Positions 1-10,055 of a DNA stretch of 64,000 nucleotides are shown piece after piece. Under the pieces are notes generated by a model. The model did no database searches. It had not been told where the DNA came from and saw only the letters and a list, made by a program, of their open reading frames with translations. This DNA is from Chloroflexota bacterium. Lineage in GTDB: Bacteria; Chloroflexota; UBA11872; VXOZ01. A program made the translations under genes and the position numbers. Each line of letters starts with the position of its first letter. Position 1 is the stretch's first letter. The DNA lies in assembly GCA_965221905.1 (NCBI GenBank), contig OZ244922.1, positions 576,001 to 640,000 on the forward strand, in the 5' to 3' direction.

Positions 1-1272
1 GAAGGCGATACCGCCGCCGGGCACAACGCCTTCTTCAAGTGCGGCACGCACTGCCAGCATGGCGTCGTCGGCGCGCAGCTTCTTCTCTTTCATTTCGCCT
101 TCGGTAAACCCGCCGACTTTCAGGATCGCGATGCCGCCGCTGAGCTTTCCCATGCGCTCGCGCATCTTGTTGCGTTCGAAATCATTCTTTTCGTCGGGCA
201 GGAGCTTCTTGACTTCCTGAATTCGCCGCCGGATCGCAACCTCGCTACCCATACCGCCAACGATAGTAAAGAAGTCGCGGTTTGACCAGATGCGCCGGGC
301 GCGTCCCAGGTCGGCCGCGGTAATGTCTTCAGTCGTATCTCCGGAGTCATCGGAGACGAAGGTGCCGCCGGTCATGATGGCAATGTCTTCGAGGATGTGC
401 ACCATGCGGTTGCCGGCCCCTGGGGCCTTAATGGCAAGTGTCTGGATTTCCCCTTCTTGCTTGTTCACCACCAACGTGGCGAGTGCTTCGGCTTCTACGG
501 TGTTTGCAAAGACGACGAGGCTCTTGCCGCCGACGGACTTCACCGCTTCGAGCGCCGGTATTACTTCGTCAGCGCGCTTGAGTTGGCGGTCGGTTACCAG
601 GACGAAGGGCGATTCTATGGTGCAATCCATGCGATCGGGATTCGTGATGAAATAGGGCGACAAGTACCCTTTGTCCCACTGCATGCCTTCCACGTACTCG
701 CGGTCGACCCGATTCATGCTTCGGGACTCTTCGACCATGATTATGGCGTCACGCCCCAGGGTTTCGACAATTTCGCCAATCAAGGCGCCCATGTATTCAT
801 CGAGACAGACCACACTCGCAAGCCGCTTAATCTCATCGCGGGTCTCTAGCGTCGTGGTCAGCGCGGTTATCTCTTCCAGCATGACTCTGGCTCCACGCTC
901 GATACCTCTGCGCAATGCCATGGGATTGAAACCAGCAGCCATGGCTTTGTAGGCTTGATCGAGAATGGACTGAGCGATCACGGCGGTCGTAGTGGTGCCG
1001 TCTCCGGCCTGCTCGCCTACGTGCCACGCCAAATGGCGTATGAGCATCGCGCCCATGTTTTCAAAGCGGTCCGGCAACTCGACGATGCGACGCGCAATGG
1101 TGGCGCCGTCATTCATGATTTCAGGCGCGGCTGTGCGCTGGGACATGCTCTCGAGGGCTACGGTACGGGCTTTGGGCCCCAGTGTGACCCGCAGCACGTT
1201 GGCCATAGTGTCAAAGCCGCGCTTGAAGGCTTCGCGAGCTTCCGGTTCCAGTAGCAAGCGTTGTTGTGGCAT
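1..1272 (-). CDS. groEL: Chaperonin GroEL, divergent paralog; 3' part runs off the window
   Basis: Not in the ORF track (no stop in window). Manual translation from ATG 1272 gives MPQQRLLLEPEAREAFKRG...TLGPKART...NDGATIAR...AGDGTTT...GYLSPYF...KAPGAG...EEGVVPGGG, all GroEL motifs; lies downstream of groES. Confidence 0.93.
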   Translation of the reverse strand, partial: MPQQRLLLEPEAREAFKRGFDTMANVLRVTLGPKARTVALESMSQRTAAPEIMNDGATIARRIVELPDRFENMGAMLIRHLAWHVGEQAGDGTTTTAVIAQSILDQAYKAMAAGFNPMALRRGIERGARVMLEEITALTTTLETRDEIKRLASVVCLDEYMGALIGEIVETLGRDAIIMVEESRSMNRVDREYVEGMQWDKGYLSPYFITNPDRMDCTIESPFVLVTDRQLKRADEVIPALEAVKSVGGKSLVVFANTVEAEALATLVVNKQEGEIQTLAIKAPGAGNRMVHILEDIAIMTGGTFVSDDSGDTTEDITAADLGRARRIWSNRDFFTIVGGMGSEVAIRRRIQEVKKLLPDEKNDFERNKMRERMGKLSGGIAILKVGGFTEGEMKEKKLRADDAMLAVRAALEEGVVPGGGIAF

Positions 1273-1430
1273 TAATCGCTGTCTCCCCAATCATCTGTTG
1301 ATTGTGATGTTTTCCGCCATCGCCACAGCGTACTACGGAGATGGTTCATTACTAATTGCATATTTACCCTATAGAAAGGGTCACGTATGTACGATACACA
1401 AGAGAAGCGGCTATCCGCAAGGGGATAGAG

Positions 1431-1487
1431 AAAGAAGAACCGGGGAACCAGCGCTCTTTCGATAGTTGCTGCGCTTTATCCCCGGTT
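1431..1487 (-). terminator. Probable intrinsic terminator after groES
   Basis: AACCGGGGA (1438-1446) pairs with TCCCCGGTT (1479-1487), inner AGCGC/GCGCT pair; followed on the minus strand by CTTCTTTCTCT. Confidence 0.5.
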
Positions 1488-1606
1488 ACTTGGACGGATA
1501 GACCGCGCGCGTGAGCACGATCCTCTCGCTTAGCTGCTTGCCTCTACATGCGCGTTGCCCCGTCTATGCGCTCCGTTACGCACGCAACGGCAAGCTAGAG
1601 CACCGG

Positions 1607-1912
1607 CTATTCCAGAATTGCCAGTACGTCCTTTTCGCTGAGGATCAAATACTCATCGTCGCCCAGCTTGATCTCGGTGCCGGCATACTTGGCGAAGAGA
1701 ATGCGCTGACCCGGCTCAACCGACACAGCTACCTTTTCGCCGCTGTCAAGCGTGCGGCCTTCGCCTGTTGCTACCACCTCACCCTCTTGGGGCTTCTCTT
1801 TGGCGGTATCAGGAAGCACGATCCCGCTTCGTGTCTTCTCTTCTAGTTCAAGTGCTTTTACAACCACGCGATCACCCAGAGGGGTAATCTTGGTACTCAT
1901 CGCTGTTGCCAT
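1607..1912 (-). CDS. groES: Co-chaperonin GroES
   Basis: [10 protein letters not shown]...[20 protein letters not shown]...FAKYAGTE motifs; GGAGG RBS upstream of ATG 1912. Confidence 0.97.
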   Translation of the reverse strand: MATAMSTKITPLGDRVVVKALELEEKTRSGIVLPDTAKEKPQEGEVVATGEGRTLDSGEKVAVSVEPGQRILFAKYAGTEIKLGDDEYLILSEKDVLAILE

Positions 1913-2011
1913 CCGTAACAATCCTCCCGATTCATCCGAAAAAATACAACCAACGTTTCACACTACTAGCGCGCAATTAATTATTCCACTCCGCGACCAG
2001 GTGTTAATGTC

Positions 2012-2040
2012 ATTATACTGAGCGCCCCGCGCGCGGTCAA
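2012..2040 (-). promoter_or_regulatory. Sigma70-type promoter of groES
   Basis: Minus strand reads TTGACC-N17-TATAAT. Confidence 0.75.
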
Positions 2041-2128
2041 GGCATCACACCCTCGATGAGCCATAGACCTAGAGTTACAGACCCATTAGCCGTGCATAGG
2101 TTTGCAAAACACCGGGAACAGGGGAACA

Positions 2129-3328
2129 CTAGGTAGCTCTCAGTTGGACGAGGGCCGCCACGCGCTCGAGGACTAAGGCGCCGACTTCAGACTTGGGCAA
2201 CACGGGCAGTGATTCAGGCGGGTCGTCTTTGCTTAGGATCACGACCTGATTCGTATCCGCACCGAACCCGCTGTCGGGTTGGGAAACGTCATTTGCCACG
2301 ATCAGGTCCGCGTTCTTCCGATCAAGTTTGAGCGCCGCGTACTTAATCACGTTCTCGGTTTCGGCGGCAAAGCCCACCTTGACGAGGGTGTGCGGGACTT
2401 GAGCGAGAATGTCCTCATTCTCAACCAGGGTCAGCGTAAGGGGTTCTCCCGTGCGTTTCGCTTTCTGACTGCGGGAAGTCTCCGGACGGTAGTCCGCTAC
2501 CGCCGCAGCCATGATGAGCGCATCCGCGTGGGCGGAGTGCTCATTTACGGCGCCGAGCATCTCAGCGGCGGTCGTTGCAGGCACGATGGGGATGCCGTGC
2601 GGCGGCGGCTCTGTGGTGGCGCCCATAATCAGGATCACGCGCGCGCCGCAGTCCCGCGCCGCCTCAGCGAGCGCGAATCCCATCTTGCCGCTGGAGCGGT
2701 TGCCGATGTACCGCACGGGGTCGAGCGGCTCTTGCGTGCCCCCCGCGGTGACTACCACAGTCTTGCCCGCCAGCGGCCCGCTCTTGCCGAGCAGCGTGCG
2801 CATCTCCGCCATGAGCGCATCCACTTCAGGCATGCGTCCTTTGGCAACAAGCCCCGACGCGAGCCTTCCTTCCAGCGGCTCGACGACGTGAACTCCCCGC
2901 ATTTTCAACGCGGCGAGATTCTGTTGTGTGGCGGCGTTGGTGTACATGCCGCCGTCCATGGCAGGCGCTACAAGCACGGGAGCCTGGGTGCTGAGATAGG
3001 TACAGGTCAAGAGATCGTCGGAGAGTCCCTGCGCCATGCGGCCCAGCGTGTGGGCGGTGGCCGGCACTACGGCCAGCAGGTCGGCCTCTTCCGCGAGGGC
3101 GATGTGCAGGATGCGGCCGGGATCAGGCGTGAACAGGTCGATGTATGCCGGCCGCTGCGTCACGCTGGTGAACGAGAGCGGCGTGACAAAACGCGCGGCA
3201 TCTTTGGTAAGGATAGTCGTGACTTCTGCCTTTGCCTGGGTGAGTTGACTGGCGAGCGCCACCGCCTTGAACGCGGCAATACTCCCGCAAACCCCAAGCA
3301 GGATTCTCTTTCCACGTAGAACGCTCAT
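2129..3328 (-). CDS. coaBC: Bifunctional phosphopantothenoylcysteine decarboxylase/synthetase
   Basis: GVCGSIAAFK, PATA, APAMDGGMY, VTAGGTQEPLDPVRYIGNRSSGKMG, AAAVADY, GFAAET, IVANDV. Confidence 0.97.
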   Translation of the reverse strand: MSVLRGKRILLGVCGSIAAFKAVALASQLTQAKAEVTTILTKDAARFVTPLSFTSVTQRPAYIDLFTPDPGRILHIALAEEADLLAVVPATAHTLGRMAQGLSDDLLTCTYLSTQAPVLVAPAMDGGMYTNAATQQNLAALKMRGVHVVEPLEGRLASGLVAKGRMPEVDALMAEMRTLLGKSGPLAGKTVVVTAGGTQEPLDPVRYIGNRSSGKMGFALAEAARDCGARVILIMGATTEPPPHGIPIVPATTAAEMLGAVNEHSAHADALIMAAAVADYRPETSRSQKAKRTGEPLTLTLVENEDILAQVPHTLVKVGFAAETENVIKYAALKLDRKNADLIVANDVSQPDSGFGADTNQVVILSKDDPPESLPVLPKSEVGALVLERVAALVQLRAT

Positions 3329-3570
3329 CTGGATTTGGTCCTCGTGCCGTCACCTTGTTCGCTTTCCACTGTACACGAGCGCTCCGGCGGTTGGTAGAGC
3401 TTAAATTAATGGAAAGAGAGTTGGATGCGCAGACGTGCCGAGCGGATGCTCAGAGAACCGCTGTCGCCCTGCAATTTAGCATTGGACTGAGAGTTCTAAG
3501 CCCGATGAGGTAAAGTCTGAAGTCTCAATAGACCGGTTAGAAAAAGTAGCAGACCTACGACCTACAGTCG

Positions 3571-4347
3571 CTAGGCGAGGGACTCTTCAAGGTATCGTGC
3601 TATGCGATCCTTGTTTGCTGCCAATGTAGAGAACTGCTTCTCGCAGACATCACTAAAGCGTGCAAGCACCTTGCGGTTGATGTCTTCCTGGTTTTCGAAT
3701 ACAGCCACCGTATGCTGCGGTCGCGCGTACCACTTCTCAAACTGCAGCAGCGCAATAGTAACGTCTCGGACCTTATCGTCGTTCGGCAAAGCGTAGACCA
3801 ACAGCGGCTGATCTCGGTGATTAATTCTGCAGTCCACAGCGTACATTCCTTCAGGATCATGAACCACGTCGCGCCAGTCGAAGATACGATGCTCCTCTGG
3901 CACATGCTCTGCTACGAACGCTTGGAAATCTTCCATAAACGTGGAACGTACGCGCTCTTGCGTCAAGTAGGTAACGTCGGCAATTTTAAGGAGCGCCTGA
4001 ATAAAACTGTAGAGTGCGTCGCCGAACTTCCCATCGGGCACACGCAGAATCAGCTCCCCATCTCGGTCTTCGACCGCAAATGCCGCTAACGCATTGGCTA
4101 TTACCCTTGCTCGAGTCCCTTGTTGCAGGTATCGTTCTTCCAAATCGTACGATAGGTGCATGAATGTGTGGCCCTCGTCGCCGAAGACCCATTGACCTTC
4201 ATGAAGACGCAAAACAATCGCTAAGTTGTCTCCATCTTCGAATATGAAGGGAGAAAACACACGAAATCGGTCAATGCCCTCGGGTTCAACCCTAATGGCA
4301 GCGCAGACTTTATTCTTGAATTCTTGCTCTATTGCCTGAACTCTCAT
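3571..4347 (-). CDS. DUF1828/DUF1829-like protein
   Basis: N-terminal SPF..DGD.....GDEGHT pattern resembles DUF1828 (recognised from memory); lower GC than flanks; 6 bp from upstream gene. Confidence 0.7.
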   Translation of the reverse strand: MRVQAIEQEFKNKVCAAIRVEPEGIDRFRVFSPFIFEDGDNLAIVLRLHEGQWVFGDEGHTFMHLSYDLEERYLQQGTRARVIANALAAFAVEDRDGELILRVPDGKFGDALYSFIQALLKIADVTYLTQERVRSTFMEDFQAFVAEHVPEEHRIFDWRDVVHDPEGMYAVDCRINHRDQPLLVYALPNDDKVRDVTIALLQFEKWYARPQHTVAVFENQEDINRKVLARFSDVCEKQFSTLAANKDRIARYLEESLA

Positions 4348-4353
4348 TGCTCG

Positions 4354-4839
4354 TCACCAGTCCAATCCAGGGATTGTCAATTGGGGATCACTTGGCAACG
4401 CAAAGGCGCAGTCTTGAACCATGCAGTTGACAGCGCCTTCAAAACTCGAAAACTGGTCTGTTGGCTCGGCGAACGCATCTTCACGAAGTCCCGAGCGCTG
4501 GTAACGCTCTGTAGCCTGATGGATGTGGAAACCATAAAATGTCAGTCGTTCAATTACATTGGTGTGCTCGTGATCCTTACCGTTGTACCTTCGTAAACGG
4601 AAAAGTTGATTTGTCGTTGCAGGACAATACGCCAAAATTACTGAGAATCCAAGCGGATTTGCAATCGATTCACGCAGAATAACCCTAAACTGCGAGCCGT
4701 GGACACCGGTGACATCAAACTCACGCTCTTTGTGCCCATGTTTTGGCTTCAGTGTGAATCTCCTTTGCCAATCTTGAGGTAGTTGCTTGGATTCATGGAT
4801 CAATGCATCAATTTCAGAATCAGTCAGAACCGTTGCCAT
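4354..4839 (-). CDS. Hypothetical His-motif protein (DUF6978-like)
   Basis: 161-aa ORF with GGAG RBS and RYNGKDHEHTN...FHIH motif; operonic with the DUF1828-like gene. Confidence 0.6.
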   Translation of the reverse strand: MATVLTDSEIDALIHESKQLPQDWQRRFTLKPKHGHKEREFDVTGVHGSQFRVILRESIANPLGFSVILAYCPATTNQLFRLRRYNGKDHEHTNVIERLTFYGFHIHQATERYQRSGLREDAFAEPTDQFSSFEGAVNCMVQDCAFALPSDPQLTIPGLDW

Positions 4840-5092
4840 CGCACTCCTTGAAGCTCGTTTGCCACAATCACAAAGTCAAATCTAAGATGCCCCCTACCAC
4901 TAATGTTAACATCATGGCCGGCATCCTTCGGCAATAGCCCCCTTGGAAGCTAAACAGAGCGCCGTGAATTAGAGTTTCTTGCCTGAGCGGACTAGAGACA
5001 TAACTGCTGAGAGTATAATATCAAACCTTTAGCAGTTTAGCCGCCATGGCGGGCTCTTACTAATCAACGCAGTTAAGAGCTTGGCGGATGCC

Positions 5093-5866
5093 TTAGCGCC
5101 GCCCATTCTTCAAGCGCTCGTAGATGATACGCAGACCTTCCAGTGTCAAGTTGGGGTCTACAGCGTCTATCACAGTCGTGTGTTTAGAAAAGAGCTGGGC
5201 AAAGCCGCCGGTAGCGATCACTTTGCACGCGCCAATCTCACCATGAAAGCGTTGGATCATGCCTTCGACCAGCGAGAGGTAGCCCAGCATGATGCCGGAC
5301 TGCATGGCGTGGATGGTGCTCTTGCCCACCACCGTTGCCGGCGGCACATATTCCACACGGTAGAGGCGGGAGGCATGGGCCGCGAGCGCCTCCGCGGCCA
5401 GGCCCAAACCCGGCGCAATCGCGCCGCCGGCGTAATTACCCTCCGCAGAGACCACGTCGAAAGTCGTCGCGGTGCCAAAGTCGATTACGATGCAAGGGCC
5501 GCCGTGCCGCACAAACGCCGCCGCCGTATTCACCACCCGGTCGGCGCCAACCTCTTCCGGCCGGTCGACTTCCACGGCCACGCCGGGCACCTGCCGCGGA
5601 TTGATCAGGATTGGGGTATGGCCGAGGTATTTTGTCCCGATATCGTGGATCGCACGGGCCAAGGGCGGCACGACGCTAGAAACAACAACGTCTTTACATT
5701 GGCCGACGTTCAGCCCGGCATGCTGCAGGAAGCCGGCAATCTGCACACCGTACTCGTCGCTCGTCTTCCCGATTTCCGTATTGAGGCGCCAGGAGCCTTT
5801 GAGTTCGTTACCTGTAAAAGCTCCTACTGCGATATTTGTGTTACCGACGTCAACCACGAGAAGCAC
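5093..5866 (-). CDS. coaX: Type III pantothenate kinase
   Basis: VDVGNTN, SSVVP, VGADR, IDFGTATT, GGAIAPG, ATGG motifs; GTG start. Confidence 0.96.
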   Translation of the reverse strand: MLLVVDVGNTNIAVGAFTGNELKGSWRLNTEIGKTSDEYGVQIAGFLQHAGLNVGQCKDVVVSSVVPPLARAIHDIGTKYLGHTPILINPRQVPGVAVEVDRPEEVGADRVVNTAAAFVRHGGPCIVIDFGTATTFDVVSAEGNYAGGAIAPGLGLAAEALAAHASRLYRVEYVPPATVVGKSTIHAMQSGIMLGYLSLVEGMIQRFHGEIGACKVIATGGFAQLFSKHTTVIDAVDPNLTLEGLRIIYERLKNGRR

Positions 5867-6043
5867 GAAACTCTGTCCTCTTGATCAAGGCGCGGAGTGC
5901 GCCTCTACGGAAACGCCCCGGCCCGATAGTGAGTTTAGGCAGTCAATCCACGAGCTGAACATCCATCACACGCTCAGGGAAGCAGAGACGAAGGTGGTGG
6001 TCAGCCTCCCACTAGTCTCACCTTGCCCAAGTGAATTCACTCC

Positions 6044-6156
6044 AGCGCAGGTTTGCAACCTGCGTCTCCAGTAGCGTAGAGTTGCAACCTGCGTCCGGTG
6101 GCCGGAGTCCACAAGGCGCAGAGAAGATGGATTCCCGCGTGCGCGGGAATGACGGG
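6044..6156. repeat. REP-like cluster
   Basis: Two copies of TTGCAACCTGCGTC (first within hairpin GCGCAGGTTTGCAACCTGCG) plus GGATTCCCGCGTGCGCGGGAATGACG palindrome. Confidence 0.7.
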
Positions 6157-6231
6157 CCGCAGCTCGTCTCTCTCCATGACAATTGTCCGGCTCTGCCTAA
6201 CCATTGCTACGACTAACCGTCCCCATGAAGT

Positions 6232-7248
6232 CTATCGAGTCTTGCCCTCCTCGCTGTCAATGCTAATCTGCTCGTCCGTATGCTCTTCTTCCGTTGTCCC
6301 GGTACTCACGGCGGAAGTGCTTTCCTGCTCGCGATTTCGCCGGAAGAGGCCAAATAATCTCCCGAGCAGACGCTGCGTGTGGGTGCCGCTGCTGGGGCGC
6401 AGATGGTGAGCCGCGGCCTCCAGATACGGCTGGCTGATGCGCTGCAGGTAGGCCGGTACGCCTTCGGTGCGGATTGTGCTCAGGGAGTCACGATAGAAGG
6501 AAAAGAGGTGCACGTTGCCAAGCTGTATGCCCGCCTGAATTGCGCCGGCGGCGACCAGCGATGAAACGACGAGCAGCGAGCGGTCCTGTTCGGCTGCCGC
6601 TTTATTCATTTCCGTGAATATCTGAGTGAGGCGGCGCGGATCGGGCAGCGCTTCTGCATTCTGTCGAAACTGACTGAGACTGGTGCGCATCTCATTGAGG
6701 GCCAGCGGCGGAATGTCAATCGTGTCGGCCATTTGGCCGGACGTGCCTCCCAGCGCTGCCAGCAAGTCATCAACGGAGGAGACGTCCGCGTCCGCTGCCA
6801 ATACGCCCGAGCTCTGAAGCTCTTTGACAAAGGTGTCCAAGTAAGCGCGCGTGCCGCCGGTAACGTCGGCAGCCGCCGCCAAAAGCCACAGGGGCGACCA
6901 GCCCACCGCCACCACGCTCGCCAACTCCACGGCGTTGCCCGCCAGCTTGCGCACGGCGAGGTCTTTCACCGCCAGCGAATCGGCAGACTCCTCGCCTGCG
7001 ACACCGCCCACAAACTCGATGACAATACGCAGCATGCGGCCAATGGTTGATTGATAGAGCTGGGAGCGCCGCAACGGCGGCGGCAATATGAACTCCGAGG
7101 TCTCGTGCACCAGCCCGCCCGCGCCGACTGCGGCGGTGCGCACCAGCCGCTCCGGCAATGTTGCCGCATACTTACCGGCGTCTAGTGTGCCTTCCTGCAA
7201 GCGCTCCGCGACCGTTGGCCCGGGAGTTGGTTCCGGTGATGCATTCAT
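6232..7248 (-). CDS. Hypothetical protein, alpha-helical
   Basis: Long ORF with host-like codon usage; no recognisable motif; start chosen at MNASPEP. Confidence 0.7.
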   Translation of the reverse strand: MNASPEPTPGPTVAERLQEGTLDAGKYAATLPERLVRTAAVGAGGLVHETSEFILPPPLRRSQLYQSTIGRMLRIVIEFVGGVAGEESADSLAVKDLAVRKLAGNAVELASVVAVGWSPLWLLAAAADVTGGTRAYLDTFVKELQSSGVLAADADVSSVDDLLAALGGTSGQMADTIDIPPLALNEMRTSLSQFRQNAEALPDPRRLTQIFTEMNKAAAEQDRSLLVVSSLVAAGAIQAGIQLGNVHLFSFYRDSLSTIRTEGVPAYLQRISQPYLEAAAHHLRPSSGTHTQRLLGRLFGLFRRNREQESTSAVSTGTTEEEHTDEQISIDSEEGKTR

Positions 7249-7959
7249 CTCTTCAACCTGCCCTTTGCAATGCTGGCGCCTTATTGGTCTTCCCCACATC
7301 GGTTCCCGTCTATACACTAATTATCCTACCACGAGCGGAACGCGGAGCCGATTGGGTCTTACATTAGGCAATTGCATGTGAGGGTTCTATTGACCTGTGC
7401 ATCCGTAGGAGCGGATTCGATTGATGTCATTTGGTGTCACCTGGTGTCATTCCTGTAGGTGTCAGGTAATACGATGGCAGATTTTCAATAAAGAGAAGAT
7501 AAGCGAAGCGTCGTGCATGCCTTGTACACGTGTCATTCCGAACGGAGCGCAGCGCAGAGAGGAATCTAAAGTGCTGAGCCTATTGGACTAGGTGAGACAT
7601 GGACTCCAGATCCCGCCCCGTGTTTCGCACGGGGCCGCTGCCCGCTCGTAATGACATAACCGGTCAACGCTGCCTGGTGGAAAGCGAGTTCTGTCAACGA
7701 ATTATTCAACATTTACAATTCCGAGAGCAGAGAGGGATTTACAATATCTTGCCCATAAGCAATTCCGCATGCTTGGAGATAGCATAAGGCCCCCTTTTCA
7801 ATTCAAGTACCATACAAGCGTCGACAGTGAGGCGCAATGCCGTTCGTGCTTAGCACAGGCTTGCCGCAGCATGAACGGCCGTTCCGCCCGGCAATGTATA
7901 ATCGTAGACAGAAATCCATAGAATCCAGCCGCATTACAGCAAAAAAGAGGTAGGCCGCT

Positions 7960-8781
7960 ATGGCAGCAGGCGCCGCTAGCCACACCGCAACCACACAGTC
8001 GCTCCGCGAGCAAGGGCTCGACGGTACCCCGCTACACGGTACGGTGGTGATCGATAACCACTGTCACATCGGTCCCGCGCCGCACTTCTACCAGACCTTC
8101 AACGACGCCGCGGGCATGGTGCGCACCATGGACCGCGTGGGCATGGACCAGGCGTGTATTTTTTCCTCCATGGCTATCTTGCTCGACATGCGCGGGGGAA
8201 ACGACATCAGCCTGGATGCCGCCCGGCAGTTCCCCGATCGGCTCCTGGCCTACGGCGTGCCGGACCCCCACGAGGCGGACTTGGTCAGGGACGAGTTGCA
8301 GCGCTGCCTGGATGCGGGCGCGGTGGGCATCAAGCTGCATACGGGCACCGCCAACTATCCCTTCGACGGCCCCGGCTATCTGCCCGCGTTCGAACTGGCC
8401 GACGCCCACCGTCTGCCGCTCATCAGCCACGGCGTGGGTACGCCCGATACGCTGCGCCGCATCGCGCGAGATTACCCTGGCGGTCACTACATCGTGGCCC
8501 ACGCAGGCGGCGGCAGCCCCAGCAAGAGCAGGGACTTGGTGCAAGTGGCGGCTGAGGAACCGAACGTCTACCTGGATACGGCAGCTTCCGTAGGCTACCT
8601 CGGCGACTTCACCGAAATGGTGCACATCACCGGCGCGAACAAAATCCTCTACGGCTCCGATATGCCCTGGACCTGCGCCACCTACCAACTCGGCCGCGTT
8701 CTCCTATCCCCCATCACCGACGACGCGAAGCGGCGCATCCTCGGCGAGAACTTGGCGGAACTATTCAAGACCAAGTGCTAG
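7960..8781 (+). CDS. Amidohydrolase-family metal-dependent hydrolase
   Basis: IDNHCH, GIKLH, IVAHAGG, VYLDT, LYGSDMP, ILGEN motifs. Confidence 0.9.
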   Translation: MAAGAASHTATTQSLREQGLDGTPLHGTVVIDNHCHIGPAPHFYQTFNDAAGMVRTMDRVGMDQACIFSSMAILLDMRGGNDISLDAARQFPDRLLAYGVPDPHEADLVRDELQRCLDAGAVGIKLHTGTANYPFDGPGYLPAFELADAHRLPLISHGVGTPDTLRRIARDYPGGHYIVAHAGGGSPSKSRDLVQVAAEEPNVYLDTAASVGYLGDFTEMVHITGANKILYGSDMPWTCATYQLGRVLLSPITDDAKRRILGENLAELFKTKC

Positions 8782-8898
8782 GAAGATGTGTATTCTACGC
8801 AGAGCACTCCATACTTCTATTGGTGTCCTTTGTACCCGACATAGGTTGTTAGGAGCCTTCAAGTGCTGCAAAGTGCGGGCTAAAGCACTGACTCGAAT

Positions 8899-10017
8899 TC
8901 ATATTGCATGGGCCTCAATGCTCATTGCTGTAAGTATTGGACACTCAGCCCAAGCCCTTTCGAGTGTGACGATGTCTGTAATTACGCGTGGTAGGCCTCG
9001 TCCAACCCTGGGTAATGAATTAGTGAGTTCAAAGGACTCGGTATAGCCATCGGCACCCGGCAAGAGTAGCATATAGTCAAAAACACGAAGCTGACGTTCT
9101 CGCAAGACTAGTACTGGCGGCGCTTTTGGATACCCCAGACCTGTTGCCGCTCCGAATTCGATTTTCGGGTTCTTGTTGCTAGGACTATAGACGCATGGCC
9201 GTACCTCAACAGAGGATCGTGCACCATCTTTCCCAACTTGAGAAAGGTAAACCCGCTGCGCCTCGTAGTTCGAAATGCGGAAGTAATCTCGAACGACGTT
9301 AGCGTTGAAGTGAACCTGAGACCAGCGGGCACCCGCGCGTGGGACCTGGGCAATGAGGATGCGGTCCAAAACTGCCATACCATCTGTGCGGGGCAAAGGC
9401 GGAGGTCTTAGGCGCCGAGATGGCATTGTAAAAGAAACGTTCCCTGCTCGTTTCCCATGATTAATCCGTCTGATTAGGTTTTGCTCAGCTCGCTCCAATG
9501 CCTGACTATCAATCGACCTAATTGCCTCCGTATGTCGTGCAAAAAACTCATCAAGCGCTGAAACATCGATAGCTTCTCCCTGTGCTCCAGAGATAATCGT
9601 GTAGCCTTCAATGTTGTTCATTAGCCCGCCCGGCGTAAGGTTCCCCGATCCAACGATTAGCCTCCGGCCTCCACCTGGGTATGTGAAATCGGATATCTTT
9701 GGGTGAAACAGAGAGACAATTTCGTTCCAGAACACTCTTGGTCTAAAGTGCTTGTGGAGCTTCTCCAATGCTTGAAGACGTTCCAATGTTTGTCGGTTTG
9801 TAATTGCATCTAGACCTACAAGGAGGTCAACTTGCCCATCGCCGTGCAAAATTTGCTTGATGATTGGATCCTCAAACAGCCAGTTTACTCCATCTTGTGA
9901 TGCAAACGCGTACACACCTCGCCAAGCAGTTGCACCCTTTGCAGCCTCAACTATGGCTTCATAGAGATAGGTGGTGTCAGTGTATGTTGGGTCTTGAATG
10001 CAGAACTCGATTTTCAT
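8899..10017 (-). CDS. Phospholipase D-family restriction endonuclease (BfiI/NgoFVII-like)
   Basis: AFAS..G, single FHPK...VGSGNLTPGGL..N.E PLD-nuclease motif; adjacent to two DNA methyltransferases. Confidence 0.8.
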   Translation of the reverse strand: MKIEFCIQDPTYTDTTYLYEAIVEAAKGATAWRGVYAFASQDGVNWLFEDPIIKQILHGDGQVDLLVGLDAITNRQTLERLQALEKLHKHFRPRVFWNEIVSLFHPKISDFTYPGGGRRLIVGSGNLTPGGLMNNIEGYTIISGAQGEAIDVSALDEFFARHTEAIRSIDSQALERAEQNLIRRINHGKRAGNVSFTMPSRRLRPPPLPRTDGMAVLDRILIAQVPRAGARWSQVHFNANVVRDYFRISNYEAQRVYLSQVGKDGARSSVEVRPCVYSPSNKNPKIEFGAATGLGYPKAPPVLVLRERQLRVFDYMLLLPGADGYTESFELTNSLPRVGRGLPRVITDIVTLERAWAECPILTAMSIEAHAI

Positions 10018-10055
10018 ACCTTGCTCTTCGCAGCAGTACTGGGAGTTACGTAATG

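Noticed and set aside
290-1846. Plus-strand ORFs over groEL/groES, and similar antisense ORFs throughout (e.g. 2279-3319, 5081-5884, 19944-21020, 61197-62259)
   Set aside because: Shadow frames of well-supported genes, expected in high-GC DNA
1983-2007. CIRCE (HrcA) operator upstream of groES
   Set aside because: TTAACACCT-N7-GAGTGGAAT has several mismatches and the wrong spacing versus TTAGCACTC-N9-GAGTGCTAA
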